64,000 nucleotides of DNA from Heptranchias perlo (taxonomy: Eukaryota), in NCBI RefSeq assembly GCF_035084215.1, contig NC_090325.1, positions 117,738,001 to 117,802,000 on the forward strand, written 5' to 3'. The notes under the pieces were generated by a model, which saw nothing but the letters and a program-made list of their open reading frames with translations, searched no databases and was not told where the DNA came from. Below, one piece after another: positions 51,290-64,000 of the stretch; within the stretch, counting starts at the first letter, position 1, and each line of letters starts with the position of its first letter. Position numbers and translations under genes: made by a program.

Positions 51290-52440
51290 CCAGGCTGAAA
51301 AGCCTAAGTTTCTCTAGTTTTTCCTCGTAACTCACACTTTTAACACTAGGGATCAGTAGCTCTTTCCTGCACTGTTGCCAGTGCTTTATTGTTTCCCTTA
51401 TGTTTTGGCAACCATTGAACCCCGGGAGGTTTCACAGGCATTATTTGTGATGGAGACTGACCAGAGCATTGTACAGTGAACACAATCTCCTCTTAGTGGT
51501 ATTCTACTATTTTGGGTATGTAGTTCAGCATTCTGTAGACTTTGTTGATTGATGCTCTTTATAAGACTGCGACGAGGTCTCTTTCGGCTTCATCTGAAGC
51601 TACTTCAGCACCATTCACAGAGCATGTATGTTGTCCACTTTTCATTACGATGTGTGGTACTTTGTACTTGTCTACATTAAATTTTAGTTGCAATTGCTCT
51701 GCCTGCATATATATTTTGTTCAACTCATTCTGTATTTTCTGAGCTGCCTCCTCTGATTCAACTGCTGGTCCTAGTTTGGTATCATCTGCAAATTTCCATT
51801 TAGCTTCTGAATCTGTCGTTTATATAAATTACAAACAATAGTGGTCCCAACACAGAGCCCTGAGGTCCTCATTATGTACTTCACTCCCAGCCTGACATAA
51901 CTCCTTTAACCAGTACGTATTGTTTTCTGCTTTTTAGCCAATTTCTTGTCCATTCTCAAAGGTTACCTTGAACCCCAACAACTTTGAGCTTATCCAACAG
52001 CCTTTCATATGGAATTTTTGAAGTCTAGGTACCTCGCGTCGTAGGGCTTCCCACAGTCCACTTGGGCTGTCATCACCTCAAACAAGTTGAGGAATTTGGT
52101 CAGGCAGGATCTACCCTTCTGAATCTGTGTTGACTAATGTTTACTAGGTTATTGTTGTAGAAGTTTACCAGGTTATTATATAGATAATCCTCAAGTTTAC
52201 TCCTGATCAATTCTATTTTACATGGAATTAAAACCAGATTAATGGGTCTGTATTTGCCTGTGAAACCTTCCGGGGTTCAATGACTCCCGTAGAATTATCA
52301 ATGTCGCACAAATCTCCTCCCTAGTTCCCCTCAGTACTCTGGCAGAAATACCATCTATTCCTGAGGATTATTTGTTTTGAGCCTTTTTTGCCTGTCTAGG
52401 GCTTCCATTGATGTTACCTAGGTTAACTCTGGGAATCGCA
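51290..52440 (-). mobile_element. Very old CR1-like RT remnant
   Basis: The minus strand has TTTGCAGATGATACCAAACT (FADDTKL, ~51772-51791) and CCTCAGGGCTCTGTGTTGGGACC (PQGSVLGP, ~51843-51865). Confidence 0.7.
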
Positions 52441-53142
52441 GAGGGCTGTTGTTTGTGGAACTACTGCTGAGGATAAGTCAGAGGAGAGGAGAAAATTACA
52501 GTTGGTGGGAAAGCCAAATTATTAGCTAAACCTGTTGTAAAATTAAGCTAGGGTGTAAATATTTCACTTACTAAGCAACGACTCAAATAAGCGATTTAAA
52601 AGATTGTTCAACTGGAATTCACAGGAAAGAGCATAATGTCTGATTGTCCATCTCTAGGAACACACACACGTGTGGAAATAGTGTGTTTAGTTATGTTTTG
52701 CTTTTATATCTATTCTAACTGCTCCATTGAAATAATTTACTTGCACGTGACCAGGGTTAATGAATAATGAGCTACAGAGAGAAAAAGTTGAAATGCAAGG
52801 AAATGAGGCTATTAAAGGCTATTGGCGTAAGACAATAGTTTGAAATGAGCTAGAAACAGATGCAGTAACTGCTACAAAATAATTTGAAAAGGACTTTAAA
52901 AGTGCAGGTGGTTGAGGTCTTGGGTCTGATAAAGTATTATAGTTTCTAAGTGGGTAAGCCACAGTATAGAGAAATTGTGGTTTTGTCAAGTGGTATCCGA
53001 TGGGTAAAAACTGTAATAAATGTTGAGTGAAACTAAGGAAAGAGACTAATAAACAGGAAAATTAATCCTGCCTTCTCTTGCACATTGTCCAAAAATTTCT
53101 TTGTTTATATCTGTGAAATTTACATTATTCTTGGTCTTTCAG

Positions 53143-53266
53143 GTATTTGGAAATGCTCCTCCTGGCACCATGACGGAGAAATTTTCAGATCTCTTACAGT
53201 TTGCTGCCCAGGTGTCACGCTTGATGGTGACTGAAATCAGAAGAAGAGCCTCAAACAAATCCACAG
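53143..53266 (+). CDS. WDFY3: WDFY3 second coding exon (124 nt)
   Basis: VFGNAPPGTMTEKFSDLLQFAAQVSRLMVTEIRRRASNKST continues the WDFY3 N-terminus in phase 0. Acceptor TCTTTCAG|, donor ACAG|GTATGG (phase 1). Confidence 0.95.
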
Positions 53267-53563
53267 GTATGGGATGTCTGGATTCTGGATGGAAGGTTGC
53301 ATACCTAGATTTCATTGTGTTAGGAACGGAATTCTAATTAGATCATTTTGTAACTGCAAATAACAGAATAAGTAACTTACTTGTCAATAGTTATCTACAA
53401 TGTAATGTCAATGTTTCAACTCTTCTACACTCTGAATTTTACCTGCACTGAATTCTTGTACTGTTTCTTGAATGAATATGATACATATACTAGTTCATTA
53501 CTAGCCCAATTTAAAGTACTGTACAAGATATAAGTACTTTCATTAGAACTATTTTAGTCGCTC

Positions 53564-54068
53564 GGGGGCTGAAAATACACAACCCTTCCAGTGCACTCCC
53601 ACTATAAGTCTGATAGGAGTGTGGCAGAATTAGGCTGGCGACACTGCACCGGTCTCAGCCTTCCCTACCTGTTTCATTGGGGTCCCCGTTTGGGGCTGAA
53701 CCTCCCAGCAAGGCAACCTCCATCACAGGGGGCCCCAGCCAGGAAATCCGCTGCAGACTGGTACGCCAGGTAAGAAGAGATGTACCAGCCTGCCATCTGG
53801 CAGGACTAAAATCCACCTCGCTGTCCAGGCCTGGAACTGAAGATGTTGAAAAGGTTTTTGTTTTTCAGTTACCTCATAAACATATACATGTTTTTGCCCC
53901 CTTCGCCCACCGCGTTTTGTAGCCTCCCTCGACTCGGGCACCCAAGATGCACCTCGATGGTACAGGTGACCATCAGGATTATTTAAATCAGGAAACCTCC
54001 CCCTAGCCCCAGAAAGGCTGGTCCTGGCACTTGGACCAGGATCACAGGCCTGTGGATTTTCAACTCCC
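53564..54068. mobile_element. Probable non-autonomous TIR element (PIF/Harbinger-like ends)
   Basis: Left GGGGGCTGAAAATACACA versus the reverse complement of the right end GGGAGTTGAAAATCCACA (15/18), with a GC-richer interior. No clear TSD. Confidence 0.45.
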
Positions 54069-55544
54069 ATGTTTAAATTTTTGTTTCATCAGGAAACTTT
54101 GTAGATTGGAATGCTCTTATGAGTTTCAGTTTGCAGCTCAGAAGGATTAGAATATTTTCAGATTGTCTTGGATCAGTAGCAAAATTTCAGGTATAGAGTA
54201 TGATGGTAAAAAGTAAAAATTACCCCCCTTGACTCTGGAAAAAATAAAGCTTAAACTTGCTACTAATGCATAATTTGCTTTGTAATCAACTATTGTCCAT
54301 TTTGAATGTCAAGATGATTGTAACTATCAAACTCATCTTGTGGTCATTTCCTAAATGTAAAAAGGCTCTAAAATGCAACAGGAACACATTGGAATGCTGG
54401 ATGCAAAGACAGTGCTTTCTCCCTCCTAGCTTCTGTACTGAGTTGAGCACTGTCTTGAAGCAAAATTCAGATTAGTGATATTCAGGCCTATCAAATAGCA
54501 TTTTTACATTCTGCTTTTCGTGGCAAAATTCTTGTAAGCCCTGCTTGGAGTATTCCATTAATCAATGTTTAGGAAAACATACATTTTTGAATTCTCCTTC
54601 ATTCTTTCTCACTTTTTACCCCCTTCAAGTTTCTTCTCTTTCAATTGGTTCTGACTATCTGATGTAATGCACACAAGGTGCCACAACAAAATGATTTGAC
54701 ATTCTGTGAGGTAAATATAAGACATTGTATATTAGAATTTTGCCAGCCATTTCAGAAATTTACTGGACATGGAACCATTTTGTATTTCATGCTCAGTTCC
54801 TAAAGAATACTGGTAACGGTCAATTATGCAGGTAATGAAAAAAAACATAGTCAGTTTTAATATCTTGTATAATTGCAGTGAGTTGCATACAACAAACAAT
54901 GATTAGGCAGTTGTGTAAATTGAAAAATCATTCTGACTGCAATAGTAAACACTTGAAGTGTGCTCTAAATGGACTAAGATGGGAGTTATCAATCTGTCAG
55001 CCTTAGGCCTCGCTAATCGGATTGACGTATATTTCCATCGAGGGGTTGGGTGGATAGTCTGAGGGTGTAATTGTTTCCCCTAGCCCACTATCTTGTCAGT
55101 GTATAAAGAATATTTTACAGTTGAAGGTAAAATTTTGCTGACTTTAAATGCTACAACAAAAATACTGAAAATAAATATTTTGAAATAAGTGACAAGCGCA
55201 TAAAATATATATGTGGAAATCATGATGGAACATGACAATAAACCAACAAGTTATGGCAAGCTGATGCTCAGCATAACAAACCAGTCTTGAAAGTTTCATC
55301 TGCAGGCAAGATGAAAAGCAAATCATTACCCTTAGATGTGAAAAATTACCCTCCCGTAATAGAGGAAATGTGTGTTGATGACCATGTGCTAGTACTGACT
55401 GCCAACTCAATCTTAAAGGAATACACTTCAGGATGGGACATAAAGTTGTTTTAAAAAAAATACAGCTTGTGTACTTTTAAAAATGGCAACTCAAACCCTG
55501 TAATTGTTAGTGTCTTGATTGGCACTCTTGTAATTTCTCTCCAG

Positions 55545-56310
55545 TGGAGCTGTGTTTAACTTCAAACCCAACATCTGGTCCCTCATCAAGACTCCGGATC
55601 ATCACCTGTCTACACTCATGCCTCACTCCCACCACGTTGGAAATGCTCATTTATACCTCTGTAACCTTGAGGCTCAAATTCTCCAATGCTCTCCCAGACA
55701 GTCTCCCTAGTGTTAATTGTATCCATGTGATTTATATCAATTAGTGTTAATTGTATTCAAGTGATGGGTATCATTTGGGGACTCTCTTGTATCCATTTAT
55801 GGGAGGGAGCTTCTCTCTAGGGTGCATGATGTATAAGGGGCATCTCTGAGAATAAAGGCTTGAAAGCAACTGAAGACTAGGCTCTAATTTTGTATCCTTC
55901 ATCATCTGGCTATCTGACGTTTTACACCCAGCTCCACCCTATACAAATCCCAACTAATCACCCTTGCCCTGACAGACCTCTGGTTCTCAGATCAACTTCA
56001 AAATTGTCATCAATTATATCACGACCTTTCTCTATTTTACCTCTACAATATTCTCCAGCCCTACGTCCTAGCTCATTCCATTTGCACTTTCAACCTTTCC
56101 ACCAACACCTCTACCCCTGCTTCATCATTGGTGACAGAGCATTCAGCCATCATGTCTCTGTGCTGTGGAATTCTCTTTCTAAATTTCTTCTGTTCCCACT
56201 TTCAAAACTCTCCTAAACTGTGATCTGCTTTGGTGACCTTCTAACTAATCATCTGCTTCCAGTTTGGTATCCACTGCTTATTCTGTAAAGCACCTTAAGA
56301 TGCTTTATTA
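55545..56310 (+). mobile_element. Old L2 3' fragment interrupted by a solo LTR
   Basis: Colinear with 48850-49510 (CCAATGCTCT.., TCCACCCT.., GCATTCAGC.., TGTGGAATTCTCT). Confidence 0.65.
55711..55926 (+). mobile_element. Short solo LTR (Gypsy/BEL-like)
   Basis: TG...CA ends, TATAA (~55832) followed by AATAAA (55851), and flanks CCTAG / CCCAG (5-bp TSD, one mismatch). It cleanly splits the L2. Confidence 0.7.
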
Positions 56311-56384
56311 TGTGATGGTCTCAATAACAATTTATTATATAAGTCTGAGTGCTGAGATGTATATTAGCATCCAACCTCAGAAAT

Positions 56385-57120
56385 GGAGAAGTGAGAGTAG
56401 CTATCTTCAACGTCAAGGCAGCATTCAACCAGATATGGTACCAGGGAGCCCTAGCAGAATGGAGCAGAATGGAACTCAATGGGAGTCAAAGGGAAATCCT
56501 CCAAAGGCTGGAGTCATACCTGATAAAAAGGAAGATGGTTGTGAGTGCGGAAGCCTGTCACCACAGCCCTAGGATGTCACTGCAGAAGTTCCTTGGGGAA
56601 ACACCCTTAGCCCCACCATCTTCAATTGCTTCATTAAAGATGTTGCCTCCCATCCATAAGGTTCACTGATGATTTCACAATGTTCAGCTCTATTAACAAC
56701 TCCTTTGATAATCAAGTAGCCCATGCCAACTTACAACAGGACTTGGATAATACCTAGACTTGGGCTGATGAATAGCAGGTAGCTTTCGCACCACTTAAGT
56801 GCCAGGTAATGACCATCTTGATAAAGAGAAAGCTCAGCCACCTCCCTTTGACCTTCAATGACCACCATTGCCAAGTCCCCCACCATCAACATCTTGGGGG
56901 TCACCATTGATCTGATGCTGAACTGGACAAGAATAGGATTAAAGGCAGCTCACACAAACAATTCTGACATTCCACCACGTATACTCTTTCCCTGCCCACA
57001 GCTATATCAACACTGTGGCTACAAGATCAGGACTGAGGCTGGATACTCTGGAACGAATGGCTCACATCCTGAGCCCTCAATTTCTCTCCACTCTCTACAA
57101 GGCTCAGTTCAGGAGTGTCA
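56385..57120 (+). mobile_element. Old decayed relative of the tRNA-headed LINE family (RT region)
   Basis: EVRVAIFNVKAAFNQIWYQGAL and SPTINILGVTID match 21490-21550 and 21975-22015. Confidence 0.8.
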
Positions 57121-57699
57121 GAATTGTTTGTGTGAGCTGCCTTTAATCCTATTCTTGTACTCTGCTAAGGTGCAACCTGAGAGCCAGGGATGCAAAGGTG
57201 CTTGCCTACAAAGTGGAAACATGTAACATTTGAAAAGAGAGCACTCTGGTTCCTTGCAAGTGTGTCTGTGCTCCTGAACCGTGAGATAAGCAAGCTGCAG
57301 GTGGTCCAGACAAACCAGCAGCTGCTACTGCCCTTCCTAATTTTCTGTCTCCAACAGCATTGGCAGTGTGCTTCCCTGGAACACCAGTGCTCCTTCCTCA
57401 TCAGCGGTCAGAGGCTTAATATGGGGACCACCATTTCTGTCCCATGATCCGCAGACATTATGGGCTATATTCTCTTCTGAGGGATGAGAAAAGAGAAGAC
57501 GACATGAGTATAGCTTTAAAGGCTGGGCAGAGAATATTGCAATTTGACACATAAGCTTAGAAGAGGGGCAGAAAGGACAGGTGTTGAGTTAGGGAGGTTT
57601 GCTCATGCATGGTGTACTATGAGGGAAGGTAAATTCGTATGTAGCGTGTGAAACAGGTTGGGGGCAGGGATCAGTGGCCCAGAGTACAGTACTCGGGCA

Positions 57700-58340
57700 A
57701 TGAGGATCATATGGGATCTGTGGCTTTAAAAATAGAGGCATAGCGTACAAAAGCAAGAAAGTTAAACATTCATACGTTTAATAAACATTTATAAATTACT
57801 GGTTAGGCCCCAGCTAGAGTATTGTATCCAATTCTCGGCATCACACTCTAGGAAGGTTGTCATGGCCTTGGAGAGGTTGCAGAGGAGATTTACCAAAATA
57901 GTACCAGGGATGAGGGACTTCAGTTATGTGGAGAGACTGGAAAAACTTGGATTGTTCTCCTTAGAGCAAAGAGGGTTAAGGGGAGATTTAATAGAGGTGC
58001 TCAAGATTATGGGGGATTTTGATAGAGTAGATGGGGAGAAACTGTTTCCACTGGCAGAGGGGTCGGTAAACAGAGGATGCAGATTTAAGGTAATTGGCAA
58101 AAAAGCCAGGGAGGAGATGAGAATTTTTTTTATGTAGCGAGTTGTTACGATCCTGAAATCACTGCCTGAAAGGGTGGTGGAAGCAGTTTAAACAATAACT
58201 TTTTGAAAAGGGAATTAGATGTATACTTGAAAAGGAAAAATTTGCAGGGCTATGAGGAAAAAGCAAAGAGCGTGGGACTGATTGGCTAGCTCTTCAACGA
58301 GCTGGCACAGATGGACCTTTTTACCTGCAAGATTCTATGA
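57700..58340 (+). mobile_element. CR1 3' fragment
   Basis: ORF 57862-58137 reads LERLQRRFTK..RGDLIEV. Confidence 0.88.
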
Positions 58341-61309
58341 TCTGGCTGCCATCTTTCTCTTCAGGTTTGCCTATTTCCTCCAGTGCTGCTACTGCCCCTT
58401 AAGTAGTGGCAGGTTTTATATCCTGTTGCATCAAACAAAATTTGCTCCTCGTCCCCACACCCACCCTAGTCTGGCTCCAAATCGGGGGACTTTTTAGACT
58501 CCTCTCCCATCCCACCACGTATACTCTTTCCCTGCCCACAGCATGACCATTGCTCTCCTGTAATTTCCTGACCATTATCTTTTGAGAAGATTTGAATTAG
58601 GTTTAAGTCCATTTTACATGCCAGGTTCCTGCTGGCATGTATGATAACTAACTCAGTTCTTCAACATTACGCTAAATTTGAGCCTCAGCATAGTTACACC
58701 CATATGCCATGAAGAGTGAATCACAGATAGCTTGTACATCAGTATTTTCAGAAGTTACAACACCAGTAAATGATAACTGGTTGGCCCAAAAGCCACAAAT
58801 GTTTATGTCATATAAATTTATGATTCATGCGTCAAATTGCTCTGGTTTTCTGCAGACCAAAATTGCTATGGTATGCAATGATAAAATATGCAACTTTTGT
58901 AACAAAATGTACTGAGCAAGTGGTTGTTAAAGCTCTTTGTGTATTTATTATTGATATGCTATGTCTGGCTACAATATTATTCACTCTACTCTTAACCAAA
59001 GCATCTTTAAGTTTATGGATTACTAAGAGAAATATTTAGTCGACAGAAATTGAATACACTATTACACATTATCTGGAAGAGTCTCTTATTTACAATTCTT
59101 TCTCTCACTTATATATAAATCAAATATATCAATATGTGTGCCTGTATTATGGTAAGGAGCTTATAACCTTGTTGATTGATGCATGTTAGTCATGTAAGAT
59201 GACAGCCAATCAAATAATTTTCAACCTAACCTGAGCAGTCAACGGTAGTTAAGCTGTAGAAATCCTTAGTATATAGTGACGTGATATACTCAGTGAAAAG
59301 TGTCTCAGTGCATTGTTTTTTAACAGTGCGTAGCCACCATTTGTAGTGCTTGTTTAATCGAGGGTGTTTGAGCTGATATACTTCCCTGTTTGCTCCATCC
59401 TCCATTTATCTCCACCAAAGCATTTTACCCACTCTGCCCAGCATTTGCTCCCTCCCAGATCTGTACTGAGTGTTCTAGCTCCACTCTGTGCCCTTCAGTC
59501 ACTCACACCTGGACGTGCCCTGAGTGCTCCAAATCTGGTGTAGTTGCTCTCTCCTCCCCATCAAGTCCACTCGAACACTCCAGCGCAGCTCCCTCTTAGC
59601 CACCGAAGTGCAACCCTAATTCCCCAGCTCAACTCTGTTCATTCTTCCTTGTAATTTTGGGAGTGGCTTCACAACCCTCCCCATCACGCTCCTGGTGCTA
59701 AGCCATGATGCCAAGTCGGGGAGACAGTGGTTGCTGCTGCAGACTGGGAGTACGAATTTCAGCTTTGTTCAACTTTGGGAATGACAGGTTAATAACTTGC
59801 TGAGTGCTTCTTCTAAAAATGAAAGCAGCAAAGTAGCAGGGTCAGTATTTGGCAAATTATCTAATGATCTAATCCCACTACTGACACAGAGCCTTTGCAG
59901 CCACTTAAAATGTGCACTGCTGTTATACCTTGCTGTGAACTCTAACTTTTAAAAGATGTAAAAGATACAAGTTCAGTAAATTAGTAAAGGAACATGTGCG
60001 AGATGCACACAATAGGAAATGTACATGAGAGAGAGACAAATGGAAGGGCAAGTTTACAGTAAAAGGGAGACTAAGGCCCCGATTTTAACTCTGGGCCAGT
60101 TTTCGGTGGGTGAACAGCAGTATGAGTTAGAAACTGCTCCAGAAATGAGGCCCAGGGTATTTTAACTCCTGGGCTTCATTTAAATCCAGCCAGCCAGTGG
60201 CAGAAAATTGTGCGGCCCGGAAGGTCACTAGTTGACATAATGGTGGGATAGTCTGCCACGCCATTCCCCAAGGTCCCACAATTGGTGGGGGGAAAGTTTG
60301 CGGCAGGGAAGTCCTAATCTTTTCATACTGCTCCTCCTGGGCCCACAACGAGAGTTTAAAAAAAGTTAAATCTTACCTTTTTGGGCAACTTCTGGCCCCA
60401 ATCCTCCTCGCTGCTGAGTTGGCCTGGCGGGAAACTCACTGCTGCTCCCTGCAGTCAGGTCCTGATGATGTCATCGGTACTGATATGCAGATGTCAAAAA
60501 GGACTGACAGTAAAATTGTGTGACAGCCATACAGAGAGAGAAAAAAAGTGGAAAACAAACAAGGAGATGGAGAGGGACACGGATTGAATTAGAGAATGGG
60601 AGATTAACAGCAACAGAGAGAGACCGTTTTAATTTTAATTGTCCGTAAGCAACACCGCAAGCTATCAACTGGTATATTGTGACAAACATTTTCTCTTTCA
60701 CTATTAGAATAAAAATAATGGAAAACAGACTACTTGAATTTTAAAGTTAAGTCAGAGAATGACAAAAATATGCAGCAGGTCCATCAGTATCTGAAAAGAT
60801 AGGTTCGTGTTTTGGGTGGAGACCATACATCAGAACAGTATAGTTTGCACCTAAAATGTTAACCTAAAATGGTTCTTTCCATTTTGAATGCCAGTGGGCC
60901 TGCTATGCATTTCTAGCATCTTCTGTGACCTCTTGCCACTATTTATTGAAACAGTAATGCAAATTTTATCAATATTTGAGGATAAAGCATTTTGATGAGC
61001 TGAATGCTATTTGTCCAACTCGATTTGAGGATGATTGAACCTAAATGAGGGTATCCTCATGAAATGCTCTTTATATCTGATGGGTTGTCAACTAATCGCC
61101 CCTTCAGCATATCTCCCACATTGGAGAGTTTTCTCCTGCTGTTTCAACACTGGGTATCAAGTCTGGACCTGTATAGGACAAAAAGAACAAGTTGGTAGGT
61201 AAAGTAGCCTGTACTGTATCCAAAAAGGCTTATCTCAAGAATGAAATTGTAAGACGAGTTCTCAATCCTTAACTGTAGTGCAGGCAATTGTTCATTCATA
61301 CTTGAGTAT

Positions 61310-61993
61310 TGTTGACCGGAGGTCACCAGTTACGGTTACTGGCTTAGTACAAAGAGAAGAGTCAATTCTCTCTTAACTCTCAATTCACTTTATTCACGCC
61401 GTTAGAACATATACATATTGCTTATACGTCTGGTTAGATATAGGCATGCAGTTTATATATAGTTTTATACCCAAACTAACACCCACTAGGTTTCTCTGAC
61501 ACTCCGAGTGGTCACAATATAAAGGATAATACCCGAAAAGGAGAGCTGACGCTGGCCAGGCGTTCCGTTCTCTCTCTTTCAACGTCGTCTCTACGTCCCT
61601 GACGTAGGGTCTTCCACTTCCGCGATGGTTGGTCTCCGGAGTCTTCGCTCTGGCTCCACGCCCCAGATCCTTCATTCTTATTCCGAATCTTATCTCTTCA
61701 AGCAGTGCTGTCTCTCTATTTCGTTGGTTTAGGCTTTCTGGTTACCCTGTGTCTTCTCCTCATTTGGCTCTGTCCCAAGGACTTAGGTAGCATTACCTCA
61801 TTACTCTTTTTCTAAATAAGGACTTGTGTCTTATCACATTTCCTTTGTCTTTCACAAAACTTGGTTAATTCAAACCGGTTCCAGCCAGCCAAGGCCAGGA
61901 CTGAACTCAGGTTACTTTAGTTCAATAGTCGTTCCTGACTGTGTGTATCAGCAGCTGACATCTCAGGTTACCTTCTGCAGCCCCTGGCCAACA
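61310..61993 (-). mobile_element. Solo LTR, 684 bp (ERV or Gypsy type)
   Basis: Termini TGTTGACC...GGCCAACA (7/8 inverted), perfect 4-bp TSD GTAT (61306-61309 and 61994-61997), minus-strand AATAAA at 61389-61394, and a CpG-rich interior. Confidence 0.8.
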
Positions 61994-63494
61994 GTATGAT
62001 ATTGATGTACTCAATAGTTACACTCTGTCACAAGAATCCGCTACTGTGATGCACAGGAGGTTTTGATTTAACATGACCCTTCAAAGGCAGTTACTGTTAG
62101 CAATCTTTTGTTAACTGGCAGTTAATACAAACAGTACTTTATGGCATTTTGTTTTTAATTAATTGCTGTCTTTGTTAGAAAGGTGATGAACTAATACCAA
62201 GTAGTGCTTTGGTATTTCAGTTAAACCAACCTAATAAATTGAAAACCACAATACACTGTGGAGAAATATTAAAATACACCTGTGGAAAATATTTTCAATA
62301 CAGAGAGAGTCTGAGCGCAAATGCAGTGTAATTATGTTTTAAATGTACTTTTATATTGCTTTAGGACTCATTTAAAACAGAACAAGTTCTGGGAGACTTT
62401 ATCAAAAAAACATATTTTTGGTGTATTTTCTATTAACTGAAGGCCATTGATGTCCTGTTGAATAAATAGCAGCATAAATGGATTGGGATGAAAAGAAGAA
62501 ATTGCAGTCCTGAGTATAAGTTAATGCCAATGGAGGCTTTAAAAAATATAATTCTTTTTTTGTCCCCTTCATGCTACCAACCCTTTCACGACCAAAAGTA
62601 AAGGCTGACTAGCAGCATACTCCCAGGTCCCTGCCAGTGCTGCTGTGTAACCAGCAACGCCAGAGCTACCTTTTGAGATTTTCCTCCCTTTTGCGAACTG
62701 CTTGACATTTACTTAGGTTTTTTCATTTAGGTCTACTAGGGAATTCACCACCTAGGAAATCATGGCCCTAAACCTGTATGCTGTCACCCTGTGACGCAGT
62801 GTAATGTAGATCAAAGTACCATGTCATTTAGCTCTTGACATTTTGTTTAAATTTGTTTATATTGGAATAGGGAAAATAGCTTAAGCTTAAGGTGAACCTT
62901 TTACTTTGTCATAATCTCATACACTAGGTATTCAGACTAACATGTTATTGGACCAGAATTTACTGTAAGCAGTGAACGATCGGCACCCGCCGTTCGTTAG
63001 ACACCTGCACTTGCCCATAGACTTTCCATGAGGTTTTACATGGTGAGTTGCTGTCAGCGAAAGATCGAAACAGCATGGCATCTGAAATCGACCAAAAAAA
63101 GGTCTGTCGCACAGCAGCAGTACTATTACCCGCATTTTAAATTGACTGACCTCGCTTGATTTTGGATGCTTTCGTTCGGCTTCCCGGCGTCTGACAGAGT
63201 TCTTTCTGGTATCATTCGGTGCTCCTTCGCCCAGTCTAGCCCCGGTTGTGCACCAAAGTCGGTCGACCTCGGGCCCGCAGAGATAAAGGACAGAAAGTGG
63301 TCTTCCATTATTCTATTGGAACTCCATTGAACAAAGTCACAGTCCGGGCTCACTGATACTGCCCAACGCGTATTAGCCAGCCCTTTTACCTGCCGTTTAC
63401 TGTGAGGAAATCCGATGTTCCCTCCCAAAGTTATTCCTGGGAATTGGGAACCGCAAACTCCAGCTGGGCCTTGGCGATGCCGTATCTCCAGTTT

Positions 63495-64000
63495 CATAGG
63501 AACACGAATAGGCCATTCAGCGCCTCAAGCCTGTTCCGCCTTTCAATGAGATTGTGGCTGATCTGTATCCTAACTCCATTTACCCGCCTTTACTCCATAT
63601 CCCTTAATATCTTTGGCTAGCAAAAATCTTTCGATCTCAGATTTAAAATTATTAATTGAGCTAGCATCAACTGCTTTTTGTGGGAGAGAGTTCCACACTT
63701 ACTACCATCCTTTGCGTGAAGAAATGTTTCCTAACTTCTCTCCTGAATGGCCTGGCTCTGATTTTAAGGTTATGTCCCCTTGTCCTAGACTCCCCCAACA
63801 GCGGAAAAAGTTTCTCTCTATCTATCCTATCAATTCCTTTCAAAATCCTAAAAGCCTCAATCAATTTACCCCTTATCCTTCCAAGGCCAATATATCCTTT
63901 CTAAGATGCAGTGACCAGAACTGTACACAGTACTCCAGATGTGGTCTAAACGGGGCTTAGTATAGCTGTAGCAAAACTTCTTCCCCTTTATATTTTAGCC
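63495..64000 (-). mobile_element. CR1 3' fragment running off the window end
   Basis: ORF 63667-63864 reads LFPLLGESRTRGHNLKI..RKHFFTQR. Confidence 0.9.

Overview
Repeat-rich eukaryotic DNA from a vertebrate, probably a cartilaginous fish (inferred from the CR1/L2/Penelope/SINE content). It holds the 5' part of WDFY3 (ALFY) on the + strand: the ATG exon (24671-24881) and the next coding exon (53143-53266), separated by a ~28 kb intron. Most of the rest is intronic or upstream DNA packed with CR1 and L2 LINE fragments, SINEs, MITEs and two solo LTRs. Four items stand out. (i) A ~3.25 kb LINE (19391-22652) has a tRNA-like Pol III head, no ORF1, and ~3 kb of sense strand with no TTTT, making it a candidate Pol III-transcribed coding retrotransposon. 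(ii) A 2.2 kb Penelope-like insertion is built as a ~1.05 kb-arm palindrome carrying GIY-YIG endonuclease sequence and a minimal hammerhead ribozyme, with smaller ribozyme-bearing relatives elsewhere. (iii) A two-part templated insertion scar lies at 56927-57002. (iv) Both solo LTRs have target-site duplications. All calls are by eye with no database search; repeat boundaries are approximate unless a junction is quoted.
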